Part shown: one piece after another, positions 11,950 through 23,417 of the stretch | How the letters are laid out: each line of letters begins with the position of its first letter | How positions within the stretch are numbered: position 1 is the stretch's first letter | Source of the DNA: an uncultured Gemmatimonadales bacterium | Lineage (GTDB): Bacteria; Gemmatimonadota; Gemmatimonadetes; Gemmatimonadales; Gemmatimonadaceae | Length of the DNA stretch: 64,000 nucleotides | Direction: 5' to 3' | Assembly: GCA_963707505.1 (NCBI GenBank) | Contig: CAVPQB010000005.1 | Location: 1 to 64,000, forward strand | Translations under genes and position numbers: made by a program | Notes under the pieces: model-generated | Told to the model about the DNA's origin: nothing | Databases searched by the model: none | The model's input: the letters and a program-made list of their open reading frames with translations, nothing else

Positions 11950-13369
11950 ACCTGTCCGGATCTGCAGTCTTGATGATGGTGCGCGCAAACTGACCATCGG
12001 GTCCGGTCGCCGCAAGGTCTGTCTCGATTGGCGGCTGCAGAAGATTACCACGTCCGTCGCTCACTACTACCACGCGCGGCCTCGACAACATCTCGGGATT
12101 CGGATTTGCGGCAAGCACGACCGCCAGCTCGAACGTGTCGAGCACGACGAGCGTTCCGGACGGGTAGATCCCGAGCAGCGTTATGAACGCCTTCACTACA
12201 ACCGGATCGAGCCCGCGGCGTGGATTGTCGCGCATCTCCTGCAGCACCGCTGACGGTGGATACGGCTTGGTCTGATATGAGCGCCTGCTCGTTGCAGCGT
12301 CATACGCGTCCGCCACCGCAACGATCCTGCTCGTCATCGCAATGGATCGCGGACGAATCACGCGAGGATAACCGGACAGGTCGCGGCGCATGTGATGCTC
12401 GTGCGCGCTCACCATCGCACGATATGGAAGCTCCTGTTGCCCGCGCAGCTGAAACAGAGTGAGCATCCCGAGCCATGGATGCGCCGTGATGCGCCGCCAG
12501 TCGTCCTCGTCCAGCGCGGTGGACTTCTGGAGCAGGTCGGTCGGAACGCGCGACTTGCCGATGTCGTGCATCAGCGCGGCGACACCGAGCTCGTAGAGCT
12601 GCAGCTTCGTCATCCCAATTCGCTTGCCAAGAGCCACGGCAAAGATGCAGACGTTGACGGAGTGCGTGTACGTGTACTCGTCGTACTCACGGAGAGTCGT
12701 AAGTCCGATCAGCGACGCCTCTTCCGTCAACACCTCGTCCACGATGGTCTGCACTGCTCGCTTGATCTTCCGCGCGCTCGGCACGCGGCCCATGCGAACA
12801 GAGTTGATCACGTCCTTGGTGAGCGCGACCGACTGGGCATACGTACGCCGCGCCGCAGCCTTGGCGACCTCACGCTCCTCGATCTCTTCCTCCTCATCCG
12901 CGTGGGCGACTGCCTCGAAGGCGTCCACTCCCGCGGCGCGCAAGCGGGTGACGAGCTCGTCCGCATCGCCCTCGCCGGTGGCGCCGACTGTCGCCAGCAA
13001 TGTGAGCAGCGAGAACCATTCGCGTGGCGTCGCTTCACGCACCACACGCAGCGACCCGACACCAGCTGATCGAAACAGGTCCAGCACGCGACCGAAGCTG
13101 GCATAATTGCTGAGATCCAGGCGCAGGCGCGTGCCGTTTACGAAGATGAACTCGCCGTGCACGCGCAGCTCGAGCTCGGAATCCACGCTCCTGCATTCCG
13201 AGGCCGCGGCAGCGAGCTCGCTCAGCGCCTTCTGCACCGCCTGATGCTCGGGAGGATACAATTTCATCGCGCGCGTCGCAGCGTGAATCGCGACAATGAG
13301 CACACGGCCAGCGCGCCGCGTATTCGCGGTGTCTTCCCGCTCGCCCTCGTCCATGATCGCCTGACTCAC
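11918..13369 (-). CDS. HD-GYP domain protein (cyclic dinucleotide phosphodiesterase)
   Basis: DEYTYTHSVNV, ALMHDIGK, HEHHMRRDLSGYP, VAVADAYDAATSRRSY; intact 483-aa ORF. Confidence 0.9.
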   Translation of the reverse strand: MSQAIMDEGEREDTANTRRAGRVLIVAIHAATRAMKLYPPEHQAVQKALSELAAAASECRSVDSELELRVHGEFIFVNGTRLRLDLSNYASFGRVLDLFRSAGVGSLRVVREATPREWFSLLTLLATVGATGEGDADELVTRLRAAGVDAFEAVAHADEEEEIEEREVAKAAARRTYAQSVALTKDVINSVRMGRVPSARKIKRAVQTIVDEVLTEEASLIGLTTLREYDEYTYTHSVNVCIFAVALGKRIGMTKLQLYELGVAALMHDIGKSRVPTDLLQKSTALDEDDWRRITAHPWLGMLTLFQLRGQQELPYRAMVSAHEHHMRRDLSGYPRVIRPRSIAMTSRIVAVADAYDAATSRRSYQTKPYPPSAVLQEMRDNPRRGLDPVVVKAFITLLGIYPSGTLVVLDTFELAVVLAANPNPEMLSRPRVVVVSDGRGNLLQPPIETDLAATGPDGQFARTIIKTADPDRYGIRVSDYVI

Positions 13370-15077
13370 GCGCCGCCCCGCATCGCGCGCGTAGCGGCAC
13401 TCCGCACGACGATTTCCTTGTCACCCAGCGCCTTGCGCACCGCGTCCAGCGCGCGCTCTGTGCCCAGCTTCCCGAGCGCCATCGCGGCGCTTGCGCGCGT
13501 CATGGGATCTTCCTTGCGCGCAAGCATTCCGCGCGGAGCCAGGATGCTTTCGAGCAGAGGTACGGCAGCATCACCGCCGAGTGTGGCGTATGCATCGAAG
13601 AATGCGGTTTTCTCGTTCGAAGATCCGTCGCGTGTGAGACGATCCTTGATCGCGCGCTCCAACCGCACGAGCACCGGCCGGTACTGACGCTCGGCGCATG
13701 CTTTCACCACGTACAGCCGAATGTCGCGATCGCTGTCGTCCAGCCCGCGTTCCAGAACCTGCATCGCGCCGGGAGATCCGATCTGGGCGAGTGCGGCGAC
13801 AGCGGCGGCGCGACTGGTTTCGGATGGCGCGTCGAGCACGCGCGCCAGCGGTGCAACCGCCGCTGGCGATCGTATGTCGCCCGCGCGACGCATTGCTTCG
13901 AGTGACACCGCCTCGTCATCCGATCCGATCAGCGCCATCAGATCGAGCGTATTCGAGCTGGCGAGTCGCGTCACCGCGTCCTCCAGAATCGCACGCAGCT
14001 CGCTGTTGCGAGATCGTACCAGGTGCGACACCAACGGCGTCAGTGCGGTTGGCTTGAGCTGCGTGAACAGCGATACCAGATCCTGTTGTGGCGGCTTGAG
14101 CTGCGTGTCTTCCAGCGCGTCGAGAAGTTGATTCAGCGTCGCAGGATCGCTGATTCGATCGACCAGATCGGTCAATCGCTGTTTGTGTGACGGCAGCACG
14201 CCCTCCGACCGGCTCGTCGCAGCGGCGCATTCGCGAATGAGAAATGCAGCGGTGCGAAATTGCAGTCCCGACAACAGCACCAGCATGAAATTCTCGAGGA
14301 TGCCGCAAATCTCCTCGCGCACGGTCGGATCGGCCTGCGCTTCGAACGTGTCGAGCAATGCCGCGGCGACCGACGGCCTGAGATCCCCAGCGAACTCGTC
14401 GCGAATCGACTGGTGCAGGTACGATATCTCCTGCTCTTCCAGGAAATACAGCGTCGAGTCGAAATCGGAGATCCGCGCAAATTGCGAGGACCCGGGTCCG
14501 TACGAGCCCGCGTCCTTCTCGTTCTCGGCGGGTGCGTCGACCACGCCAGCGGGCGCGCCTCCACGCAACAGTTCGGCGCCTGGCGCGGAGTAGCCGTCGC
14601 CGCCCGCCTCCTCGTACGTGTACGACATGCACTCGAAGTCGCATTCCCAGAACAAGGTGACCAGATCTTCGTCGCCGCCGGCTTGCGCGCGCACGGCCTT
14701 GAGCGCCCCGAGAAAAAGCGCAAGCTCCTTCATCTCGAATCCCTTGCGGATCTCGAAGGAGCGAATGCCGTCCTTGTAGAAGAGCCACGGAAGGCTCTCA
14801 CCGCCGCGATCGCTCTCGGCGAACACGGGCACGTCCTCGTGCGTGAACTCCGTTTCAGTCACGCCGAACTCGATACTGTCCATCTTCGCCCACAGCGCAA
14901 CGAACGCCGCGCGCGCCGAGTCTATCGCGCGCACGTGCATCGGATTGTTGGGCAGATACAACTGAAAAGAGCGCACGGCGCGCGCGAGCGTCTTGAGTGT
15001 CTCCGATACCAGTGGATCCGTGCCGGCGCGTGGTCCGCCCAGCTGGACGCCAAGCGGCGGTGTCGGAGAGAGAGGCA

Positions 15078-15078
<1 letters not shown>
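13366..15078 (-). CDS. HEAT-repeat protein with an unnamed N-terminal domain
   Basis: C-terminal HEAT/PBS-type repeats (RAAAVAALAQIG..AMQVLERGLDDSDRDIR; RASAAMALGKLG..ALDAVRKALGDKEIVVRSAA); intact 570-aa ORF. Confidence 0.85.
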
Positions 15079-16262
<1,184 letters not shown>

Positions 16263-16271
16263 CGTCGCCAA

Positions 16272-16926
16272 CTAGTCATGCACTCCGACGACCGCTGCGA
16301 CGAAGCCGCGCATCAGCCACGGATCCTTGATGCCAGGCGCCGATTCGACGCCCGAGGAAACGTCAACGACATCCGGGGCGAGAGTGCGATGGCCTCGGCG
16401 ACGTTGTCCGGCGTCAGTCCGCCGGCGAGCACCAGCCGCGCGCTGCCGTCGATCTCGCGCCAAGTCGGCGGCGAGCTGCGTCCCAGTCGAAGCGCTCGTC
16501 CGGTACCGCCGAGCCCTTCTCGCTCCGCGCATCGAGGACGACTGCGTCGGCGACACTGAAACAGCTCGTCGGCGCCTCGGCGGGGATGTGCCCCGCGATC
16601 CCGGTACGACCGCCCAGATCTCGGTCCGCCGAAGTCGCGCGCGCCGCCATCACGGCTCTGCGGCGACGGATCGGCGTGAAGTTGGACGACGTCGAGCTGG
16701 CAACCGACGGCACATCGTAGATCTCAGCTCGGCCGCGTTGGGTACCGAACACTCCGACGCGTCGCACCGTCGCCGGCCGCATCGAGAATCGCCGCGCCTC
16801 GCTCTGCGTGCGACGCGCCGCGGACCGTCGGCGAAGATCACGCCGATGTACGTCGCGCCGAGTTCGACGCGCCGCGCTCGCGTCGTCGGCGCGCGTCATC
16901 CCGCAGAATTTAATCTTGGCGAGCAT
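16272..16926 (-). CDS. trpF: Phosphoribosylanthranilate isomerase, frameshifted
   Basis: [41 protein letters not shown]. Confidence 0.88.
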
Positions 16927-17772
16927 CGCACTCCGACGGTGACACCGATGAGCGATCCGACACCGCGCGGCATCGGGGTCGGCAGCCGCAGACAGCGCGG
17001 AGCCGACCAGCACCGCGTCGGCTCCGGCGCGTGCGGCGCGCTGCGACGTCGTCGCGCGACGCCATGCCGCTCTCCGCGATCGCGACGACACGCCGCGGAA
17101 TCAGCGGAATGAGTCGCGTCGACGGTACCAGGGTCGATCACGAGCGTCTCGAGATTTCGGTTGTTGACGCCGATGATCGTCGGCGCCGAGCGTCGAGCGC
17201 GAGCGTCGAGCTCCGCCTCGTCGCGCACCTCGACCAGCATCTCGAGGCCGATCGCGCGTCCCGCGTCGAGCAGCTCCGCGCAGCGCAGGCGGCGCGACGG
17301 CGCGAGCTATGAGCAGCGCGGCCGATGCGCCGAGCGCGCGCGCCTCGTAGCAGCTGGACGGGTCGACGTGAAAGTCCTTCTGCAGCAGCGGTACCGCGCA
17401 CGCCGCGCGCGAGCGCCCGCAGGTCCGTCGTGCGAGCCACCGAACCGTTCCGGCTCGGTGAGAACGGAGATGGCCGCCGCCCCGCCGTCGCTCGTACGCG
17501 CGCGCCTGCGCGACCGCGTCCAGGCCGGGATTGATCGCGCCCTTGGAGGGCGAGCATCGCTTGACCTCCGCGATGATCGCGACCGTCGACGCGGCGGAGC
17601 GCGCGCGCGAACGAAGGAGCTGCCGGAGCGCCGTCAGCGCGTCGCGCCAGCATCGCGTCCGTCGCGGGCCGAGCGCTGCCGCGCGCACACGCGCCTCGCG
17701 ATCAGCTCACCGAGCGTGCCGGACGGGCGGAGTCCAGCTCCGCGATGCGGAACTAGCTTGCGCTTCGGGCAT
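16920..17772 (-). CDS. trpC: Indole-3-glycerol phosphate synthase, frameshifted
   Basis: IIAEVKRCSPSKG, PLLQKDFHVD, LVEVRDEAEL, IIGVNNRNLETL, DAVLVGSALS; ends approximate. Confidence 0.9.
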
Positions 17773-17807
17773 TCTTCGGATAACGTATGAATTCGGCAAC
17801 TGTTCGG
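17763..17807. promoter_or_regulatory. Candidate LexA operator: two NTTC-N7-NTTC (TTCGG-N6-TTCGG) direct-repeat pairs
   Basis: TTCGG at 17764, 17775, 17792 and 17803, immediately upstream of lexA. Confidence 0.6.
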
Positions 17808-17849
17808 GGTCAGCCGTCGCATGCAAACCCACCCTCAAGGAATCTGGCG

Positions 17850-18466
17850 ATGTCGCTCACAAAGCGCCAACGGGAAATTCTCACGTTATCTCGCCGACTA
17901 CACCGAAGACCACGGTTACGCGCCGAGCTTCGAGGAGATCGCGACGCAGTTCAACTATAACTCGCTCGCGACGGTGCACGAGCATCTCAGCAATCTCGAG
18001 CGCAAAGTCGTACATCAAGCGGCGCTACAACGAGAGCCGCGGTATCGAGATCCTGCCGTCGGAGCAGTTCCCGCGCGCCGTGTCAGGTTCCGCTCCTCGG
18101 AACCGTCGCCGCCGGCATGCCCATCGAAGCGATCCAGACACCACGAGACGCATCGCCGTACCGGAGGACTTCGTCCGCCGCGCGCGGCAATCACTACGTG
18201 CTCCGCGTCCGCGGCAACTCGATGATCGACGACCACATCTGCGACGGCGACTTCGTCATCGTCAACGAGCGAGCGCCGTGCGACAACGGCGAAACGGTGA
18301 TCGCGCTCATCGATGGCACGTCGGCGACGGTCAAGCGATTCTATCGCGAGCGCGATGGCCGAATCCGGCTGCAGCCTGCGCAACGAAACGATGGAGCCCA
18401 TCTACGTCCACGAGAACGACGTCGCGATTCAGGGGATCGTCGTTGGCGTGCATGCGGCGCTGCTAG
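17850..18466 (+). CDS. lexA: SOS repressor LexA, frameshifted
   Basis: MSLTKRQREIL, GYAPSFEEIA..SLATVHEHL, VLRVRGNSMIDDHICDGD (Ser), ATVKRFY (Lys), IRLQP, IQGIVVGV; AAGGA RBS upstream. Confidence 0.93.
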
Positions 18467-19556
18467 CGCGCGCTCGCAGCTGCGTGCGACTGACCGCGCG
18501 GCGAGCGCGGCACGCAGGCGCAGTCTTTCGAGGGCCGCGTCGCCGAACCATCGGCGATCGCGGCCCTCGCCGCATCCACCCGTCGCGCAGCGATCGAGCG
18601 CATGCCCGCGACGTAGATCGCGGCCCCGGCATTGAGCGACGACTGCGGCGATCGCGCCCATGCCGGCGCCGTTCCCGCGAGGCACGCCGTCGACCAGCGC
18701 GGCATTCTCGTCCGGCGTCCCGCCCGCCAGCTCCGACGGGCGTGTGCCGCACCCCAGCTCGCCGAGTCGATCACGGATCGAACTCGCGCATTCCGTGATC
18801 GCGGCATCGCGAACCTCCACGACGCGCGTCGGTCCGAGCGGCGAGATCTCGTCCAGTCCCGGCTCGCCGTGCACCACGAGCGAGTGGACGGTTCCGAGCG
18901 CCGCGAGTGCGCCGCGATCACGCGCCACACGAGCCGCATCGGCGACGCCGATCACCTGCCGGCCGACCGACGCCGGATTCGCCAGCGGGCCGACGACGTT
19001 CATCACCGTCGGAACGGCGAGCTCGCGTCGCACCGGACCGACGTGACGCATCGCGGGATGCATGCGTGGCGCGAACATGAAGACGATTCCGGCACTCGTC
19101 GTACGCGCGCCGCATCGCGGCGACGTCCACGTCGATGTCGCACGCCGAGCGCTTCGAGCACGTCGGCGCTGCCGGAGCTGCGACGTGAAGGACCGGTTGC
19201 CGTGCTTCGCGATGCGCGCGCCGGCGCCGGCGGCGACGAGTGCAGCCGCGGTGGAGATGTTGAATGTGCCGACCGCGCCGCCGCCCGTACCGCACGTGTC
19301 GACGATACGATCCGGCTCCGGGAGATCGAGGCGGACCATGGCGCGGCGCAGCGCCTGCGCGGCGCCGGCGATCATCGCGGGCGATTCGCCGCGGACGCGC
19401 GAGCCCCATCAGCAGCGCGGACATCTGTACCGGCGACGCGTCGCCGCGCATCACGACGTCGAATGCGCCAGTGACGTCGTCCTGCGCGATGTCGTGTCCG
19501 CGTGCGAGCGCGACGATCACGTCCTGCAGCGGCGCCGGTGGCGGCGTGTTGCTCAT
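18463..19556 (-). CDS. trpD: Anthranilate phosphoribosyltransferase, frameshifted
   Basis: IVDTCGTGG, TFNISTAAA, IAKHGNRS, FMFAPRMHPAMRHV, GPLANPA, GLDEISP. Confidence 0.94.
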
Positions 19557-20455
19557 GCGTGCGCCGACGTCACGAGCGGACGATGTCTGTCAACGCTCGC
19601 TGCGGCGCGCTCGGCGAGTCTGCGCCTCGAGCTGCCGGATCGTGTCGCTCTGCGCACGCATCGTGGCGTCCTGCTGGTGCAGCTGCACGTGCGTCCGCTC
19701 GAGCCGGTCGACCGCGCTTCACCACCTGCGTCTCCACCGCCATGAGTCGTTCCTCAGCGGCGAGTGGCGCGACGCTCGGCGGCACCGACGGCTTCACGGA
19801 GCTGGTGTACGACCTCGCTCGTGCCCGCACGCTGCGCTGCGCGCAGCCGCTCGACCTCGCGCTCGAGTGCCGCCAGCGCTCTGCGCATGCTCGGCGCGCA
19901 TCCGGGTGGTGACATCGTGCAATGCGGCCACTGCCTCGAAGCGCGCATCGCGTTCGTAGTAGCGGGCGTACGCCAGCTCGAACAGCGTCGCCAGCGGCGG
20001 CTCGCGCGCTCGAGCAGCTTGGCACCGAAGACCGGCGACGCGAATCGTACACGGCGAGGGCGGCGGCAAGCGCACCCTCGAAGACAACGCCCTTGAGCAC
20101 GAGTCGGAAATCGTCCACCGCGGCGTCGACGCCGAGCAGACGGGCGTATTGAGATCCCTGGTCGCCAACATCCGCGAACCTCTGGCCGGCCAGCACCGCG
20201 TACTGCACTGTGGGCGGAAGGTGGTCCAGCGCGAGGAGTGCGCAAGGGCGGAAGCGCGGACCGTGGCCGGCCGCGATGTCAGCCGCAAGTTGCTCGTTGA
20301 CCAGCGCGTTGCGTCGCGGATCGACGGTGAGCAGCACGACGCCGGTGCGCCGGTCGCCACCGGAAAGCTCTTCGTGGACCAATCTGGAGCGCGGCAGCGG
20401 CGTCCGGGGCCAGAGCAAGATCAGCCGCGAGCGCGGGAAGAGATTTCACGGACAT
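19553..20455 (-). CDS. Hypothetical protein with a globular N-terminus and a C-terminal coiled coil, frameshifted
   Basis: Joined frames give LALDHLPPTVQYAVLAGQRFADVGDQ..LFELAYARYYERDARFEAVAALHD..ALEREVERLR..AEERLMAVETQV; ATGA overlap with trpD. Confidence 0.6.
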
Positions 20456-20466
20456 CCGATGCTGCG

Positions 20467-20517
20467 AGTTTGCGTGCTGAATCGTGACTTGTCAATGCTT
20501 TGCGTGCATTGTACGCT
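20467..20517. promoter_or_regulatory. Back-to-back sigma70-like promoters sharing TTGTCAA
   Basis: Plus strand TTGTCA(20489)-N17-TACGCT(20512); minus strand TTGACA(20495)-N17-CAAACT(20472). Confidence 0.5.
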
Positions 20518-20578
20518 ACAGTTTACTTACAGCGGCGAATTGCTTGACATCACATCGACCCGGATAAGTTCCGGCGCC

Positions 20579-21358
20579 ATGCGGGAGCGGACCGTGCAAC
20601 TCGTACTGCAGTATGACGGGTCACGGTTCGCCGGATGGCAGCGTCAGCCGGCAACGGTGACGGTTCAGGGTGCTGTCGAAGGCGTACTCGAACGATTGTT
20701 CGAACGCCGCGTAACGTTGATCGGGGCTGGACGGACAGACGCAGGGGTTCACGCGCGAGGACAGGCTGCGCACGTGCGAGTGCCGGAGACGTGGAACGCC
20801 TCCAAACTTCGCCGAGCGCTCAACTCGCTGCTCCCACCCGACGTCTGGATGGCACAGGCGCACAACGTTACCGATCACTTCCATGCCCGCTACAGCGCCA
20901 TTTCGCGACGATACACGTACCAGCTCGGGACGGACGACGAGTCCGACTCGCCTTTCAGGCGCGGTACGAATGGCGCCTTCCGTGGCAATTGCGCGATGAA
21001 TCGGCGCTGTCAGGCGCAGCCGAGTCACTCCTCGGCGAGCATCAGTTCTACGGCTTCGCGGTTCGTGGCACCGCCCCAGAGACCGACGAGCACCGCTGCA
21101 CCGTCACCCACGCGGCATGGGTGCGCAAACGGCGGGAGGCTCGATTTCACGATCGAGGCGAACCGATTCTTGCACCATATGGTGCGCTTCCTCGTCGGCA
21201 CGATGATAGATGTCGCGGCCGGACGCAGGAGGCCCGAATCGTTCGTCGAGTTGCTCGGCGCGCCGAACAATCTCGCCGTCTCCCCGCCGGCCCCGTCGCA
21301 CGGTCTGTTTCTCGACCGGGTGGCCTATCCGGCTCACTTCTATCCTGAGGGCGTATGA
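20579..21358 (+). CDS. truA: tRNA pseudouridine(38-40) synthase, frameshifted
   Basis: YDGSRFAGWQRQ, GAGRTDAGVHARGQ, FHARYSA..RRYTY, ANRFLHHMVR, APSHGLFL. Confidence 0.95.
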   Translation: MRERTVQLVLQYDGSRFAGWQRQPATVTVQGAVEGVLERLFERRVTLIGAGRTDAGVHARGQAAHVRVPETWNASKLRRALNSLLPPDVWMAQAHNVTDHFHARYSAISRRYTYQLGTDDESDSPFRRGTNGAFRGNCAMNRRCQAQPSHSSASISSTASRFVAPPQRPTSTAAPSPTRHGCANGGRLDFTIEANRFLHHMVRFLVGTMIDVAAGRRRPESFVELLGAPNNLAVSPPAPSHGLFLDRVAYPAHFYPEGV

Positions 21359-22019
21359 AGATCTTCGTTCAGAGCGCGTCGGTCGCAGAGATCAGGGAGT
21401 GGGCTTCGGCAGGTCTCCTCGACGGCGTAGTTCTTTCACCGGTCGATCTCGCGGCCGAGGATCCTTCGGCGACGGTGCTGGAGAGGCTCGCTGAGATCGA
21501 CCGTCGATTTCGGCGTTCCGGTATGCGTTCCTGTCAGTGCGATAAGTGGCGCGGACATCTACCGGGAAGCGCGTGACATAGCGCGCGTATCGGAGCATGC
21601 CATCGTGCAGGTTCCCTTCGTCGAAGACGCGGTGTCGCCAATGCGAAAGCTCGTTGCGGACGGCGTGAGGATCTGCACGACGCAAGTCTACTCCGGCGCG
21701 CAGGCGTTCATCGCAGCCAAGCTCGGTGCATCGATGGTCGCGACCGACGTACGCGAAATCGACGCGCAGGGTCGCCCAAGCGCGGAGATGGTGGCGCAGA
21801 TACGTGCGGTGATCGACAAGTGCGGACTCGAGTGCGATGTCGCAGTCGACACCGCCGCAGAGCTCCATCGCTTTCACGAACTATCTGTTCGCCGGCGCGG
21901 ACGTCGCGTACGTCACTCCGGAGTTGTTCGGCTCGTTGATGGTGCATTCGCTCACCGATCGCGGCGTCGATCGATACCTGAGCGCCATCGCCAAACGTCA
22001 CAAGCCGAGGAGTCTGTAG
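21355..22019 (+). CDS. Transaldolase/fructose-6-phosphate aldolase family homolog with a degenerate active site, frameshifted
   Basis: MKIFVQSASVAEIR..GLLDGV, QVYSGAQAFIAAKLGA, AGADVA..HSLTDRGVDRYL follow the TalC/Fsa layout. Confidence 0.8.
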
Positions 22020-22022
22020 GCA

Positions 22023-23417
22023 ATGAATCGGATAGGTGTCGTTGCGATCATCATGGCGGCGAATCGCATGCCAGGGTGGATCATCCAAGGCGCAACAGGT
22101 AACCGTCGCGCAACCCGCCGCCAACGCACGGGTGGATGCCTCGCGGCGCACCGCAATCACAGCCGCGGTCGCACGCGTCGCACCGAGCGTCGTGACCGTG
22201 CAGACGGAGGCAGTGGAGCACGTTCCGGCGGACATGATGGAGCAGTTCTTCGGCGGCAACTCTGCCGAGCGGCCGGTGGCGGGACTTGGTTCCGGCTTCA
22301 TACTGCGCAAGGATGGCGTGATACTCACCAACGCGCATGTCGTGCGCGGAGCAACACGAATCTCCGTAGCGCTGCGCGATGGAACGACGCTATGTCGCGA
22401 AGCTCGTTGGCGTGGATGATGTGAACGATCTTGCAGTGCTCAAGGTCGATGCTTCGAACCTTCCGGTCGCTCCGCTCGGAAATTCATCATCGCTGATCGT
22501 CGGTGAGTGGTCGATCGCCATCGGCAATCCGTACGGCTTCGTGCTCGCGAATACCGAGCCAAGTGTCACTGTCGGAGTCGTCAGTGGTGTGGGACGCAAT
22601 CTCGTCGCGCCGCCCCCCGATGCGGGCAATGGCGCCTACGTGGACATGATCCAGACCGATGCAGCGATCAACCCCGGTAATTCGGGTGGTCCGCTCGTCG
22701 ACGCTGCGGGAGAGGTCATAGGCGTGAACAGCTCGATCTATTCTCCCAGCGGTGGCTCTGTCGGACTCGGCTTCGCCATTCCGATCAACCGCGCGGCACG
22801 CGTGGCCGACGACCTGCTCACGCATGGCTCGGTTCGCCGTCCGTGGATCGGGGTCAAGCCGGCGGTGAGCGAGAATCGCACGCCAGGCCAGCGCCCACAA
22901 CGTGGCGTCACGGTCGCGGCCGTAACTGCCGGATCACCTGCTGCATCCGCCGGAATTCGCAGTGGCGACGTGATCGTACAAGTCGCTGCACGACAGATAC
23001 GGAATGCCTACGACTGGGAGGCCGAGTTGCTGGAGCTGAGAGTCGGCGAGACGATTCCAATCACGTTCCAGCGAAGTGGCTCGCGAAAAGACCGTGAACG
23101 TGCGCATCGCGGATCTTCCCGAAGTGAACGCACCGCGGGTAACGGTGCTGCACGAGATCGAGCTGACGACGCTCACGCCGGCGATTCGCTCCGAGCGCAA
23201 CATCAGAAGTCAGTCTGGCGCATACGTGCAGAACGTGAGTCCACGCGTCTCGGCGCAGATCGGCCTCGCACAGGGCGACGTGATAGTTCAGGTGAACAGA
23301 GCGCGGATTACAAGCGCCGAAGATGCCGCGGCGGCGCTCAACAGCGGGAGAGGTGTGGTAGTGATGTACGTCGAACGGCAGGGCCAGTTCTACTCGACCG
23401 AATTCGTGACGCAGTAG
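22023..23417 (+). CDS. HtrA/DegP-family serine protease with two PDZ domains, probable lipoprotein, frameshifted
   Basis: [52 protein letters not shown] lipobox-like segment. Confidence 0.9.
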
